From contig CBDFJF010000002.1 of NCBI GenBank assembly GCA_965248265.1, forward strand, positions 1,856,001 through 1,920,000: 64,000 bases of DNA, read 5' to 3'. Position numbers and translations under genes: made by a program. This DNA comes from Candidatus Latescibacterota bacterium. GTDB lineage: Bacteria > Latescibacterota > UBA2968 > UBA8231. The notes beneath the pieces are model-generated. The model saw nothing but the letters and a program-made list of their open reading frames with translations. It searched no databases and was not told the DNA's origin. The stretch's first letter is position 1; each line of letters opens with the position of its first letter. Below, piece after piece: positions 52,096 to 60,516 of the stretch.

Positions 52096-54423
52096 ATGAT
52101 AATTATTGAAAAACGAGTCCCGTTCCCGCGTCCCATTGTTTCGCTCCTGGGTATGTGTCCCCTCCTGCTGCTGCATTGCGGGCCTCCCGACGAACAGCAG
52201 GCGGCCGGTACCCGGCGCATGGCCGAGCGTCTCGAGGAGATCGCCCGGAACGCCGACCCGGCGACGCACGCTTATGTGAACGCCCGGCGGGTGAAGTACT
52301 ATCGCGATCGAGTCGAGCACCTGCGCGAGTCGGTGGCCGCCATGGATCCCCGCGGCAAGCTCCAGATCCTGAATGCCCGCTTCTCGTATGCCAGCGAACT
52401 CCTGAGGGCCGGTCATTCCGAGGACGCAGTGAAAGAGTACCGGGAGCTTCTGGCTGTGAAAGAGTACCGGGAGCTTCGGACTGAGGCCGATCGCCGGTTC
52501 CAGCCGACTCTGCAGAGGCTCGTCGGGGTGTCTTACCTCCGCCTCGGAGAACAGGAGAACTGCATCCTGCAACACACGATCGATTCCTGCCTGCTGCCGA
52601 TTCGGGAGACCGGCGTCCACCAGGCCCAGCGCGGATCGCGGGCGGCCCTGAGCGAGTTTCTCGAAGTCCTGAGCGGGAATCCGCGGGACCTGTCTGCCCG
52701 CTGGCTGCTCAATATCGCCTACATGACGTTGGGCGAGTACCCCCGTGAGGTGCCCTCCAACTACCTGATTCCTCCCGAGCTGTTCGAATCCGACTACGAC
52801 ATCGGGCATTTCGACGACGTCGCCCCTGCGCTGGGGCTCGACGTGGTGGGGCTTGCAGGTGGCGCCGTCATGGAAGACTTCGACGGTGACGGACACCTCG
52901 ACATCATGGCCTCCTCGTCGGGACTGCGAGACCAGCTTCGCTACTTCCGCAACGGTGGAGACGGCACCTTTGCCGACCTCACCGAACAGGCCGGACTGGC
53001 CGGCATCGTCGGGGGGCTGAATGCCCTGCAGGCAGATTACGACAACAACGGTTTCGCCGACGTGCTGATTCTGCGCGGCGCCTGGCTCGGCGCCGACGGT
53101 CACTATCCCAATTCACTGCTGTCCAATCTCGGGGATGGACGGTTCGTCGATGTTACCGAAGCGGCCGGCCTGCTCGCTGCGCACCCGACCCAAACGGCCG
53201 CCTGGGGCGACTTTGACAACGACGGTTGGGTGGATCTGTTCGTGGGCAACGAATCCGTCGGCGAGGATACACACGCATGCGAACTGTTCCACAACAAGGG
53301 CGACGCCAATCGAGACCCGGTTCGCTTCAGCGATGTGGCCGAGGAAGCGGGAGTCGCGGTCGTCGGTTATGTAAAGGGGGTCGTTTGGGGCGACTACGAC
53401 AACGACGGACTCCTGGACCTGTACGTAACGCGTCTCTTCGATGATGAGCCCAACCTCCTCTTGCGCAACGAAGGGGAGGATGCCCATGGCCGCTGGCGTT
53501 TCACCGATGTGACGGCGACGGCAGGAGTTCCCGGACCGACCTACAGTTTTCCGACCTGGTTCTGGGACTACGACAACGATGGCTGGCAGGACATCTTCGT
53601 CGCCGGGTTCAAAGGCGATGTGGCTGACGTCGCCGCCGACTATCTCGGTCTGCCGCACGACGGCGAAGGACCGCGTCTCTACCGCAACAACGGGGACGGG
53701 ACGTTTGCGGATGTGACGCGGGAGGCCGGGCTCGACAAGCCGCTGATAGCCATGGGCAGCAACTTCGGCGACCTCGATAACGACGGATTCCCCGACTGCT
53801 ACATCGGCACGGGCGACCCGTACATGGAGACCATCGTTCCCAACCGCATGTTTCGCAACGCCGCCGGCCGTTTCTTTCAGGACGTCACCACGTCAGGTGG
53901 GTTCGGGCATCTGCAGAAGGGTCACGGCGTCGCCTTCGGCGACATCGATCACGACGGCGATCAGGACGTCTTTGCCGTTATGGGTGGCGCGTACACGGGC
54001 GATGTCTATCAGAACGTCCTCTTCAGAAACCCCGGACACGGCAACCGCTGGATCAAGCTCAGACTCGAAGGCCGTCGCTCAAACCGCGCCGCGATCGGGG
54101 CGCGCGTCGTCGTGCGCGTGAATACGGCGGACGGAGTTCGCGAGATTCACTCGACGGTGAGCAGCGGGGGCAGTTTCGGCGCCTCGACCCTGCAGCGGGA
54201 AATCGGCCTGGGGCAGGCTACCTCCATTCGCGCAATCGAAGTTTTCTGGCCCGCCAGCGGTGACGTGCAGGTCTTTGAGAATGTCGAAATGGGCCAAACC
54301 CTCGTCATTCGCGAGGGGGACCCCCTTCCGACCGCGCTCAGGTTCGAGCCCTTCGAGATTCCTGGCATGGACGGGTCGGGGCAGCACGAGCACGCCCGCC
54401 ATGGGCCTGGCCACCAGGACTAG
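52096..54423 (+). CDS. CRTAC1/ASPIC-UnbV protein with FG-GAP repeats
   Basis: Repeated DFDGDGHLDI/DYDNDG motifs, GFGHLQKGHG, SNRAAIGARV, GLG...EVFWP. Confidence 0.88.
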   Translation: MIIIEKRVPFPRPIVSLLGMCPLLLLHCGPPDEQQAAGTRRMAERLEEIARNADPATHAYVNARRVKYYRDRVEHLRESVAAMDPRGKLQILNARFSYASELLRAGHSEDAVKEYRELLAVKEYRELRTEADRRFQPTLQRLVGVSYLRLGEQENCILQHTIDSCLLPIRETGVHQAQRGSRAALSEFLEVLSGNPRDLSARWLLNIAYMTLGEYPREVPSNYLIPPELFESDYDIGHFDDVAPALGLDVVGLAGGAVMEDFDGDGHLDIMASSSGLRDQLRYFRNGGDGTFADLTEQAGLAGIVGGLNALQADYDNNGFADVLILRGAWLGADGHYPNSLLSNLGDGRFVDVTEAAGLLAAHPTQTAAWGDFDNDGWVDLFVGNESVGEDTHACELFHNKGDANRDPVRFSDVAEEAGVAVVGYVKGVVWGDYDNDGLLDLYVTRLFDDEPNLLLRNEGEDAHGRWRFTDVTATAGVPGPTYSFPTWFWDYDNDGWQDIFVAGFKGDVADVAADYLGLPHDGEGPRLYRNNGDGTFADVTREAGLDKPLIAMGSNFGDLDNDGFPDCYIGTGDPYMETIVPNRMFRNAAGRFFQDVTTSGGFGHLQKGHGVAFGDIDHDGDQDVFAVMGGAYTGDVYQNVLFRNPGHGNRWIKLRLEGRRSNRAAIGARVVVRVNTADGVREIHSTVSSGGSFGASTLQREIGLGQATSIRAIEVFWPASGDVQVFENVEMGQTLVIREGDPLPTALRFEPFEIPGMDGSGQHEHARHGPGHQD

Positions 54424-54588
54424 GAGCCTGTCCGAGTATGCGCTTTGATAGGCGAGGGGGCGTCATTGTTGTCGATGGCAAGGCGCGTGAGCGATCTGAA
54501 TTGATGAATTCAGAGAGAGAAACGGAACGCAGACAGCGGCAGCAATGACGCCTCCGCAGCCCAAATGGAATACTCGGACAGGCTCCTA
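54421..54588. mobile_element. MITE, ~168 bp, IS5-like ends
   Basis: Perfect 19-bp IR TAGGAGCCTGTCCGAGTAT / ATACTCGGACAGGCTCCTA (TA at both ends), no ORF inside. Confidence 0.8.
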
Positions 54589-54942
54589 TCCCGTGGCTGG
54601 AGCTGAAGTCCATTGCATTGTGAGCGAACCTTCGAGCTGTCCCACGGCCGTATGCACCATGGGCTCCTGGGGGCGCTGCGGTCAATTTTTTCCTTGAATC
54701 TCCGGGTATTTTTCCATATACTGTTATGATTCAATGGAGAGAGACGAACGCAGGTCATTCACCTATAAAGACCGTAAGTTGTTTATTTACAGCGACTAAT
54801 AAAGAAGCGGTCGGAGTTGGTTCTGCGCAAAATCACCAGTTCCCGTTTTCTCTCGCTCGCTGAAGGACTGGTGCGCTGAAAGGAGGTGTACGACGGAAGC
54901 CCGCATTTCAGACATCGGCAGTAGCAATAGTGATCGTTCGAG

Positions 54943-55021
54943 TAGATTTACAGCAGTCATTTAGATTTACAGCAGTCATTTAGATAGATTTACAGCAGTC
55001 ATTTAGATTTACAGCAGTCAT
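54943..55021. repeat. Four copies of a 19-bp tandem repeat
   Basis: tagatttacagcagtcatt x4 (last copy lacks the final t), with an extra taga between copies 2 and 3. Confidence 0.92.
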
Positions 55022-55049
55022 CCTTCCACAGCTAAAAGGAGAAGCGACA

Positions 55050-55952
55050 ATGAAGAAGATCATCATCATGGCTGCAGTTCTGGGCCTGGTGCTCGCCACC
55101 ACTCCAAGTTCAGCCCACGTGCCATCGGATGCCAACTTTGCGGCAGTGATGGTGCCCATCGGCGAGGATGGAGTCCAGGACCTCTCAATTGACGGTTCAC
55201 TCTCCGAGTGGGACAACGTGCCGTCCGCGTTCTGGACCACCCATGATGACCTCGTAGAGATGATCACCGGTACCCAGGGTGACCCGGATGCGGGCAACCT
55301 CGCCGAGCGCATCATCGTCGGCTGGCACCCAGAGACCAACTACCTTTACTTCATGGAGGAAAAGTTCGACCAAGCGTTTTATACGGTCGAAGAAACCAAC
55401 GACAACCTCACCATCGCGATCGATGCGAACCACAGCGGCGGACAGTACTATGGGGAGGCCATAGAGGAGGTAGACTATTCGCGCCAGGCACAGCACTGGA
55501 AGACGGTGTTCAACGCTCCCGACAACCCCATTTTTTTGTGGGGCGGCACGAGTGTGTGGGCCACGGCGGAGCCTTACACCGGTTCCAGATTTATCATTGA
55601 CGGCGAGAACGGTGGCCCCACCACCCTCACGTCGGAGGCTTGGTTCACCCCCTTCGACGACCTGCCCAGCGATTCGACCGGTCCCGACGACGACCGCATA
55701 ATCATCAACGACCTGACGGAAGGCAATATCGTCGGTATCGGCGTAGCCGTTCAGGACGATGACAACGGCCCGAGCGGTGGGTACGACGGCTACTGGGTCT
55801 CCACTGGCGACGTCATCATGTACTACCACGGCGACGCCCTGGTAGACTACGTGCTAGGGGGTTTTAACGCGGCCTTTTGGGTAGCTGGAGAAAACATGAC
55901 AGCGGTCGAGACCGACAGCTGGGCTCGCATCAAAGCGGGCTTCTCCAACTAA
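55050..55952 (+). CDS. Secreted CBM9/DOMON-like protein with C-terminal TAVETDSWARIKA motif
   Basis: AAGGAG SD, signal peptide (..PSSA-H), IDGSLSEW, IDANHSGG, IVGIGVAVQDDD. Confidence 0.75.
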   Translation: MKKIIIMAAVLGLVLATTPSSAHVPSDANFAAVMVPIGEDGVQDLSIDGSLSEWDNVPSAFWTTHDDLVEMITGTQGDPDAGNLAERIIVGWHPETNYLYFMEEKFDQAFYTVEETNDNLTIAIDANHSGGQYYGEAIEEVDYSRQAQHWKTVFNAPDNPIFLWGGTSVWATAEPYTGSRFIIDGENGGPTTLTSEAWFTPFDDLPSDSTGPDDDRIIINDLTEGNIVGIGVAVQDDDNGPSGGYDGYWVSTGDVIMYYHGDALVDYVLGGFNAAFWVAGENMTAVETDSWARIKAGFSN

Positions 55953-55994
55953 GCAGACAGATCGGCTTGTAAGGAGCCAGATCTGGTGTTGTTG

Positions 55995-56039
55995 AAGGGG
56001 GGGGCGAGATCGACGATCCTCGCCCCCCCTTTTTCTTTT
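55995..56039 (+). terminator. Intrinsic terminator
   Basis: GGGGGGGCGAG/CTCGCCCCCCC stem followed by TTTTTCTTTT. Confidence 0.85.
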
Positions 56040-56054
56040 CGGCAGGAGAGAAAA

Positions 56055-58709
56055 GTGCGCTCACCGGCGTTTTTGCTAGCAACCTGCTCGGCGTTGACGT
56101 TGTCGGCCACATATCCGTGCTGGGGACAGGAGGGGTATTCGCTGGAGCCAGGCAGGGTGGTCGTCGATTCCAGAGAGCATTGGGAATTCTGGGACGCCGC
56201 CGCCAACTCGATCCAGATCAGCGATGAAGGGGTGAAGCCCGCCTTCATCCGCAAGCACACGAGACTGGAAATAGATGGCGGGGAAGTCGTCGTTCCCGGC
56301 ATCAACGCCGCCCTCAATGCCGCCGAGTTCGGCGGCGGAATATTAGCTGCCGGATCCAATCGCCCGAGCGACCCCGACGTCATGGATGGCAGGATGGACA
56401 CCTTCTGGGAACCGGACGCGTCCGACCTGTTGCAAGACCAGTGGCTGCAGATCGATCTGGGCCGGATCGTATCGGCCACCAGGATTGTGCTGAAGTTTGT
56501 CGGAGAAGATCTGGGAGACCCCTTTCTGCAGTTCAGGGTGACCACTTCACAGGGACAGGAGACCGGTGGAGCTCGTCAGCTTATTTTCCGGACACGCTTC
56601 ACCACGGACAAACCGATCAAGAACGAGCGGATTTTCGAGATCGACCTGACCAAACAGCTACCGTCGAGGTGGCCCGATGCACGGGGCGACTTCACCGGCG
56701 ACGTCATCCGTTACGTCGGGGTGGGCATCATGGACAGCGACTTCGGCAGGGGGAGGCGGGTCTCCCAGTCCGAATACGACAGTCTGCCAGCCGACCAGCA
56801 GGGAGAGATAGACTACTTCCGGCGAGAGACGTCAGGGAAGGTTAGGTTGCTGGATGGGAAAGAGGATTGGGACGCCCTGGCGGGCACGGAGAGGCAGGGG
56901 CCTGTCGTCTATTACCGCCGCGAAATACCCCGGCTGGCAGAGATCGAGGTCTGGACCATCGGCGACAACATCGGTATGGGCGTACTGGAGCGGGGCGGAG
57001 GCGTGACCGACCCCGCCGGGGCGAACGTCAACATTGCGGCGGCCGTGGTAGATGGAGACCTCTACAGCGTGCCGCAGTACTGGGCTGGCCTCGCAAGCAT
57101 TGATCTTGACAGGTTGCCGATTACGGCTCCGCCGGATGCGGAGCGCTCGCTGTTCATAGATCTCGGAGGCTCCTACTTTGTCGACCATATCAGAATACTC
57201 CACGCCATTTCGAACCCACCTCCGTTCAGAGCCTACCGCATCCAGCTCTCTGACGGCTCCACCAATGCCGGCGGCGAACTGGCCTGGAGGACGGTAGGGT
57301 CGATCAGAGACGTCTCGCGGGAGCAGACTTTCCACGGCTTCGAATTCCCGCTCACGAAGACGGAGCATTTGGCCTTCACCTACAGGCTCAACGACAAGTC
57401 GACGTACGAGCCGGGGCAAGGGGGCCACGGCGTGTCGGAGATCCAGTTTTTCGGGGAAGGCTTCCTGGCGGAGTTGCAGATCTCGTCTGAGTTCGGAGGG
57501 GAGTCCCCGTTCATAGAGCTGGGGCGGACCCCTCAGAACCTGGCTTCCATCGAGTGGGAGGCCGACGAGCCGCCGGGGACGGATCTCATCCTGCAGACCC
57601 GCACCGGCGACACGGTCGAGAGCGTAACCCGCTATTTCAAAAAAAACGGGTCCGAATTCCCGGGCACCGAAGAGCAGGCGGCCAAGGCCTGGGAGGACGA
57701 AAAGAGTCTCTTCGGGGCTGGCGCTGTGGGTCCGGTGATAGCCGAGACGAACCCGGGCAGTGACTGGAGTGGCTGGAGTCAACCGTATTTCGATTCCGGT
57801 GAAAGGATCACCTCTCCCAGTCCGAGGAGATACGTCGCCATCCGGGCAATTTTCCTGACGGATGATCCCATGGCAGCGGCCGCGCTGCGATCCGTGGCGC
57901 TGAACTTCGTGACGCCTGTGGCCGGCACGATCCTGGGCGAGGTGCTGCCCTCGCGCCTGGAGGAGATCGGCACGAAACAGCAGTTTTCGTATTTCGTCCG
58001 CTCCACCTTCCGGTCGGACAGCAGAGGGTTCGACGAGATCCTCATCGAGGCGCCCGACGGCGTCGACATGAAGCTGAAACAGGTGAACGTAGACGTGACA
58101 GGGCAAGAAACCGTAACGTATACGCCACAGAGCGAGGGGTTTGAGGTGGTGATGGAGACGGATTCGCTGTGGGTGCGTCTACCGGCCCCGATCAAGACGA
58201 CGACGCGTGGATCGGCGCTGGCAGAGCTTCAGTTCGAGGCGACCGTGTTCGTCTACAACACGTTTTTCATCGGCTCCATGGGACACTCGCAGTTCGAAGA
58301 CTCATGGCAGCGGGTGCATGATGGCGACGCCAACGGGGTTGTGGACAGCGAGACGACGGTGGTGTTGGCACTACTGGAGCAGGGCGAGTTGCTGGGGGAT
58401 TTGCAGGTCGACAGCGTGTTCACACCCAATGGCGACGGCACCAACGACGAGCTAGAGGTCAGTTTTTCGCTGCTGCGGTTGACGGCAGCGGTGCCGGTAG
58501 CGATAGAGATCTACGATCTGAGCGGCCGGCTGGTGACACGGATAGCTCAGGAGACCACGGCGGGTCACCACACGGTGGCCTGGACGGGGGTGGATCAGTC
58601 GGGAGCGATCGTGCCACCTGGAATCTATCTGCTGCGCATCGACGTGGATGTGGATTCGACATCCGGGAGCGACACGTCGGTCCATCGATTGGTACACGTC
58701 GTCTACTAA
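56055..58709 (+). CDS. Secreted protein with discoidin-like domains and C-terminal FlgD-Ig domain
   Basis: GTG start with AGGAG SD; WLQIDLG, QTRTG, WSGWS, SPSPRRY, FTPNGDGTND, IYDLSGR, WTGVD..VPPGIYL. Confidence 0.8.
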   Translation: MRSPAFLLATCSALTLSATYPCWGQEGYSLEPGRVVVDSREHWEFWDAAANSIQISDEGVKPAFIRKHTRLEIDGGEVVVPGINAALNAAEFGGGILAAGSNRPSDPDVMDGRMDTFWEPDASDLLQDQWLQIDLGRIVSATRIVLKFVGEDLGDPFLQFRVTTSQGQETGGARQLIFRTRFTTDKPIKNERIFEIDLTKQLPSRWPDARGDFTGDVIRYVGVGIMDSDFGRGRRVSQSEYDSLPADQQGEIDYFRRETSGKVRLLDGKEDWDALAGTERQGPVVYYRREIPRLAEIEVWTIGDNIGMGVLERGGGVTDPAGANVNIAAAVVDGDLYSVPQYWAGLASIDLDRLPITAPPDAERSLFIDLGGSYFVDHIRILHAISNPPPFRAYRIQLSDGSTNAGGELAWRTVGSIRDVSREQTFHGFEFPLTKTEHLAFTYRLNDKSTYEPGQGGHGVSEIQFFGEGFLAELQISSEFGGESPFIELGRTPQNLASIEWEADEPPGTDLILQTRTGDTVESVTRYFKKNGSEFPGTEEQAAKAWEDEKSLFGAGAVGPVIAETNPGSDWSGWSQPYFDSGERITSPSPRRYVAIRAIFLTDDPMAAAALRSVALNFVTPVAGTILGEVLPSRLEEIGTKQQFSYFVRSTFRSDSRGFDEILIEAPDGVDMKLKQVNVDVTGQETVTYTPQSEGFEVVMETDSLWVRLPAPIKTTTRGSALAELQFEATVFVYNTFFIGSMGHSQFEDSWQRVHDGDANGVVDSETTVVLALLEQGELLGDLQVDSVFTPNGDGTNDELEVSFSLLRLTAAVPVAIEIYDLSGRLVTRIAQETTAGHHTVAWTGVDQSGAIVPPGIYLLRIDVDVDSTSGSDTSVHRLVHVVY

Positions 58710-58711
58710 GA

Positions 58712-60463
58712 ATGATCGGGACATCACCTCGTAGCGCAGTGGCCCTGCCCGTCTTGTCCGTAGCCCTTCTCGGCCTTGCGACCACGGGCAACGGGGACAC
58801 GATCGTCGTCGGAGGCGGCCCAGGCTCTCGCGCCTGGGATCAGGCTCATTCCGAGGTAACGGCCATCGATTTCGAAGCCACACCCGGTTCCATTCACCCT
58901 TTGCTGACCGACCCGGAAGACAATATTGCCCTGCAGTTGCTCGCACAGGGCGGGCAGATAACATCGCCAAATGCACACATAGAGCTCCAAGTCACCCCGA
59001 GTGCGATTGATGGTTTGTTGAACAGGATGGTGGACGGCAACGGCAACACCGCCTTCGAGGTCAAGCTCCCGAGGACCACGGGGATCAGATTCAGGGTTGA
59101 TCTGGGCGAGCGCTTCGGAGTCAGCAGGATTCGATTTGCCCCTCGCGAAGGGTTCGAGGGGTTTTTTCTTAATGGTTACGAGGTGGCGCTGAACGACGGC
59201 AGCGAGGAGCAGACGACCCGTAGCGGATTTCCCGATTTCCGAGTCTTCAAAAGATTGGAGCGCAATCGAGACCCTGTCGTCGACCTACGCGTGCCGCTGC
59301 AGGTCGTCCGTTTCATAGAGGTGAGACAGCTCGTTCGAGGGGAATGGGAAATCGACGAGTTCCAGATCTTCGGCGAAGGCTTCACTCTTGCTGCCGCGTA
59401 CACTTCGAGCGTGTTCGATGAACGTGGGCCCGCCGTCTTCGGCGATATCACATGGGCACTCGAGACGATAGGTGAGCCGGTCAAGGTATCTGCTACCGTA
59501 TCCACCCGGAGCGGCCGCACGCCGGACCCGAGTGACGGCCAGGAATGGAGTAGATGGTCTTTCCCGTACCCGGCCGGAGCGCCCACACAGATCGAATCGC
59601 CTGCTCCCCGTCGCTACTGGCAGTTTCGCGTTTTGTTTGAGAGCGAGGACATCCGCTCGGCGGCTGTAGTCGATTCGATCGCCGTGGAGGTCTCGCCAGC
59701 GCTGGCCGATTCCGTGGTCGGCGAGGTGTGGCCGCAGAAAGCCGTCGTCGGACCGGCGACCGAGCTGACCTACTGGGTGCGCAGCTACAACAGCGACGGC
59801 TTCGACCGGCTCGACATCGAGACGCCGGCGCGGGTGGAAGTCATCCGATCGGTGCAGATCGACGGGACCGAGGTGGTAGACTGGGACCAGGAGGACATCG
59901 TAGACGACCGCGGCGACATCGCCGGCGTCCGCATCAGCTTCCCGAGAGTCACTGGCGACGACCGGCTGCTGCGCGTCGTGTTCGAGAGCATCTTGTTGAA
60001 CTACAACACCGTCTTCGTTGGCAGGGTCTTCGACACTCAGAGACCGGAGCACCTGCCTTTGACGCTGATCCCGGGAGACGTGGCAGCCGACCCGGTGGCC
60101 GAGGGCGACGACCTGTCGGTTACCACCCGGGTCGTCGGCAACCGCATCATCCACGGACTCGATGTGGATCCGGCGCCGTTCACGCCCAACGGCGACGGCG
60201 TCAACGACGAGACCACGATCACCTACGGCATCGCCAACCTGACGAGCCTTGCCCCCGTCTCAGTGGTCGTCTACGACTTGGCAGGCCGGCCTCTGAAAGT
60301 GGTCTACTCCAGTCACGATGCCAGCCGCAGTTTCGCAAGACACTGGGACGGGACCGACGACGACGGACAGAAGCTGCCACCGGGGCTGTACGTCGTGCGT
60401 CTGGAGATCGATGCGGACACGGGGACGGAGAGCCGGACGGCGATCGTGCCCCTAGTTTACTGA
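58712..60463 (+). CDS. Secreted FlgD-Ig domain protein (shorter relative of 56055)
   Basis: Signal peptide; VDLG, TRSG, WSRWS, SPAPRRY, FTPNGDGVND, YDLAGR, WDGTD..LPPGLY. Confidence 0.8.
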   Translation: MIGTSPRSAVALPVLSVALLGLATTGNGDTIVVGGGPGSRAWDQAHSEVTAIDFEATPGSIHPLLTDPEDNIALQLLAQGGQITSPNAHIELQVTPSAIDGLLNRMVDGNGNTAFEVKLPRTTGIRFRVDLGERFGVSRIRFAPREGFEGFFLNGYEVALNDGSEEQTTRSGFPDFRVFKRLERNRDPVVDLRVPLQVVRFIEVRQLVRGEWEIDEFQIFGEGFTLAAAYTSSVFDERGPAVFGDITWALETIGEPVKVSATVSTRSGRTPDPSDGQEWSRWSFPYPAGAPTQIESPAPRRYWQFRVLFESEDIRSAAVVDSIAVEVSPALADSVVGEVWPQKAVVGPATELTYWVRSYNSDGFDRLDIETPARVEVIRSVQIDGTEVVDWDQEDIVDDRGDIAGVRISFPRVTGDDRLLRVVFESILLNYNTVFVGRVFDTQRPEHLPLTLIPGDVAADPVAEGDDLSVTTRVVGNRIIHGLDVDPAPFTPNGDGVNDETTITYGIANLTSLAPVSVVVYDLAGRPLKVVYSSHDASRSFARHWDGTDDDGQKLPPGLYVVRLEIDADTGTESRTAIVPLVY

Positions 60464-60516
60464 TCGTCGTACTGATCGTTTCAGAATCACTCGAAGAGAG
60501 GCAGAGGAGGATCTTA

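Noticed and set aside
54810-54940. Known riboswitch (e.g. c-di-GMP-I)
   Set aside because: A hairpin is present, but consensus motifs are not recognisable.
54943-55021. CRISPR array
   Set aside because: The units are contiguous with no spacers, only 19 bp long, and there are no cas genes.
59728-60516. N-terminal 263 aa of the 1166-aa ORF
   Set aside because: Arg-rich shadow frame over 58712..60463; the SD and signal peptide point to a start at 60517.
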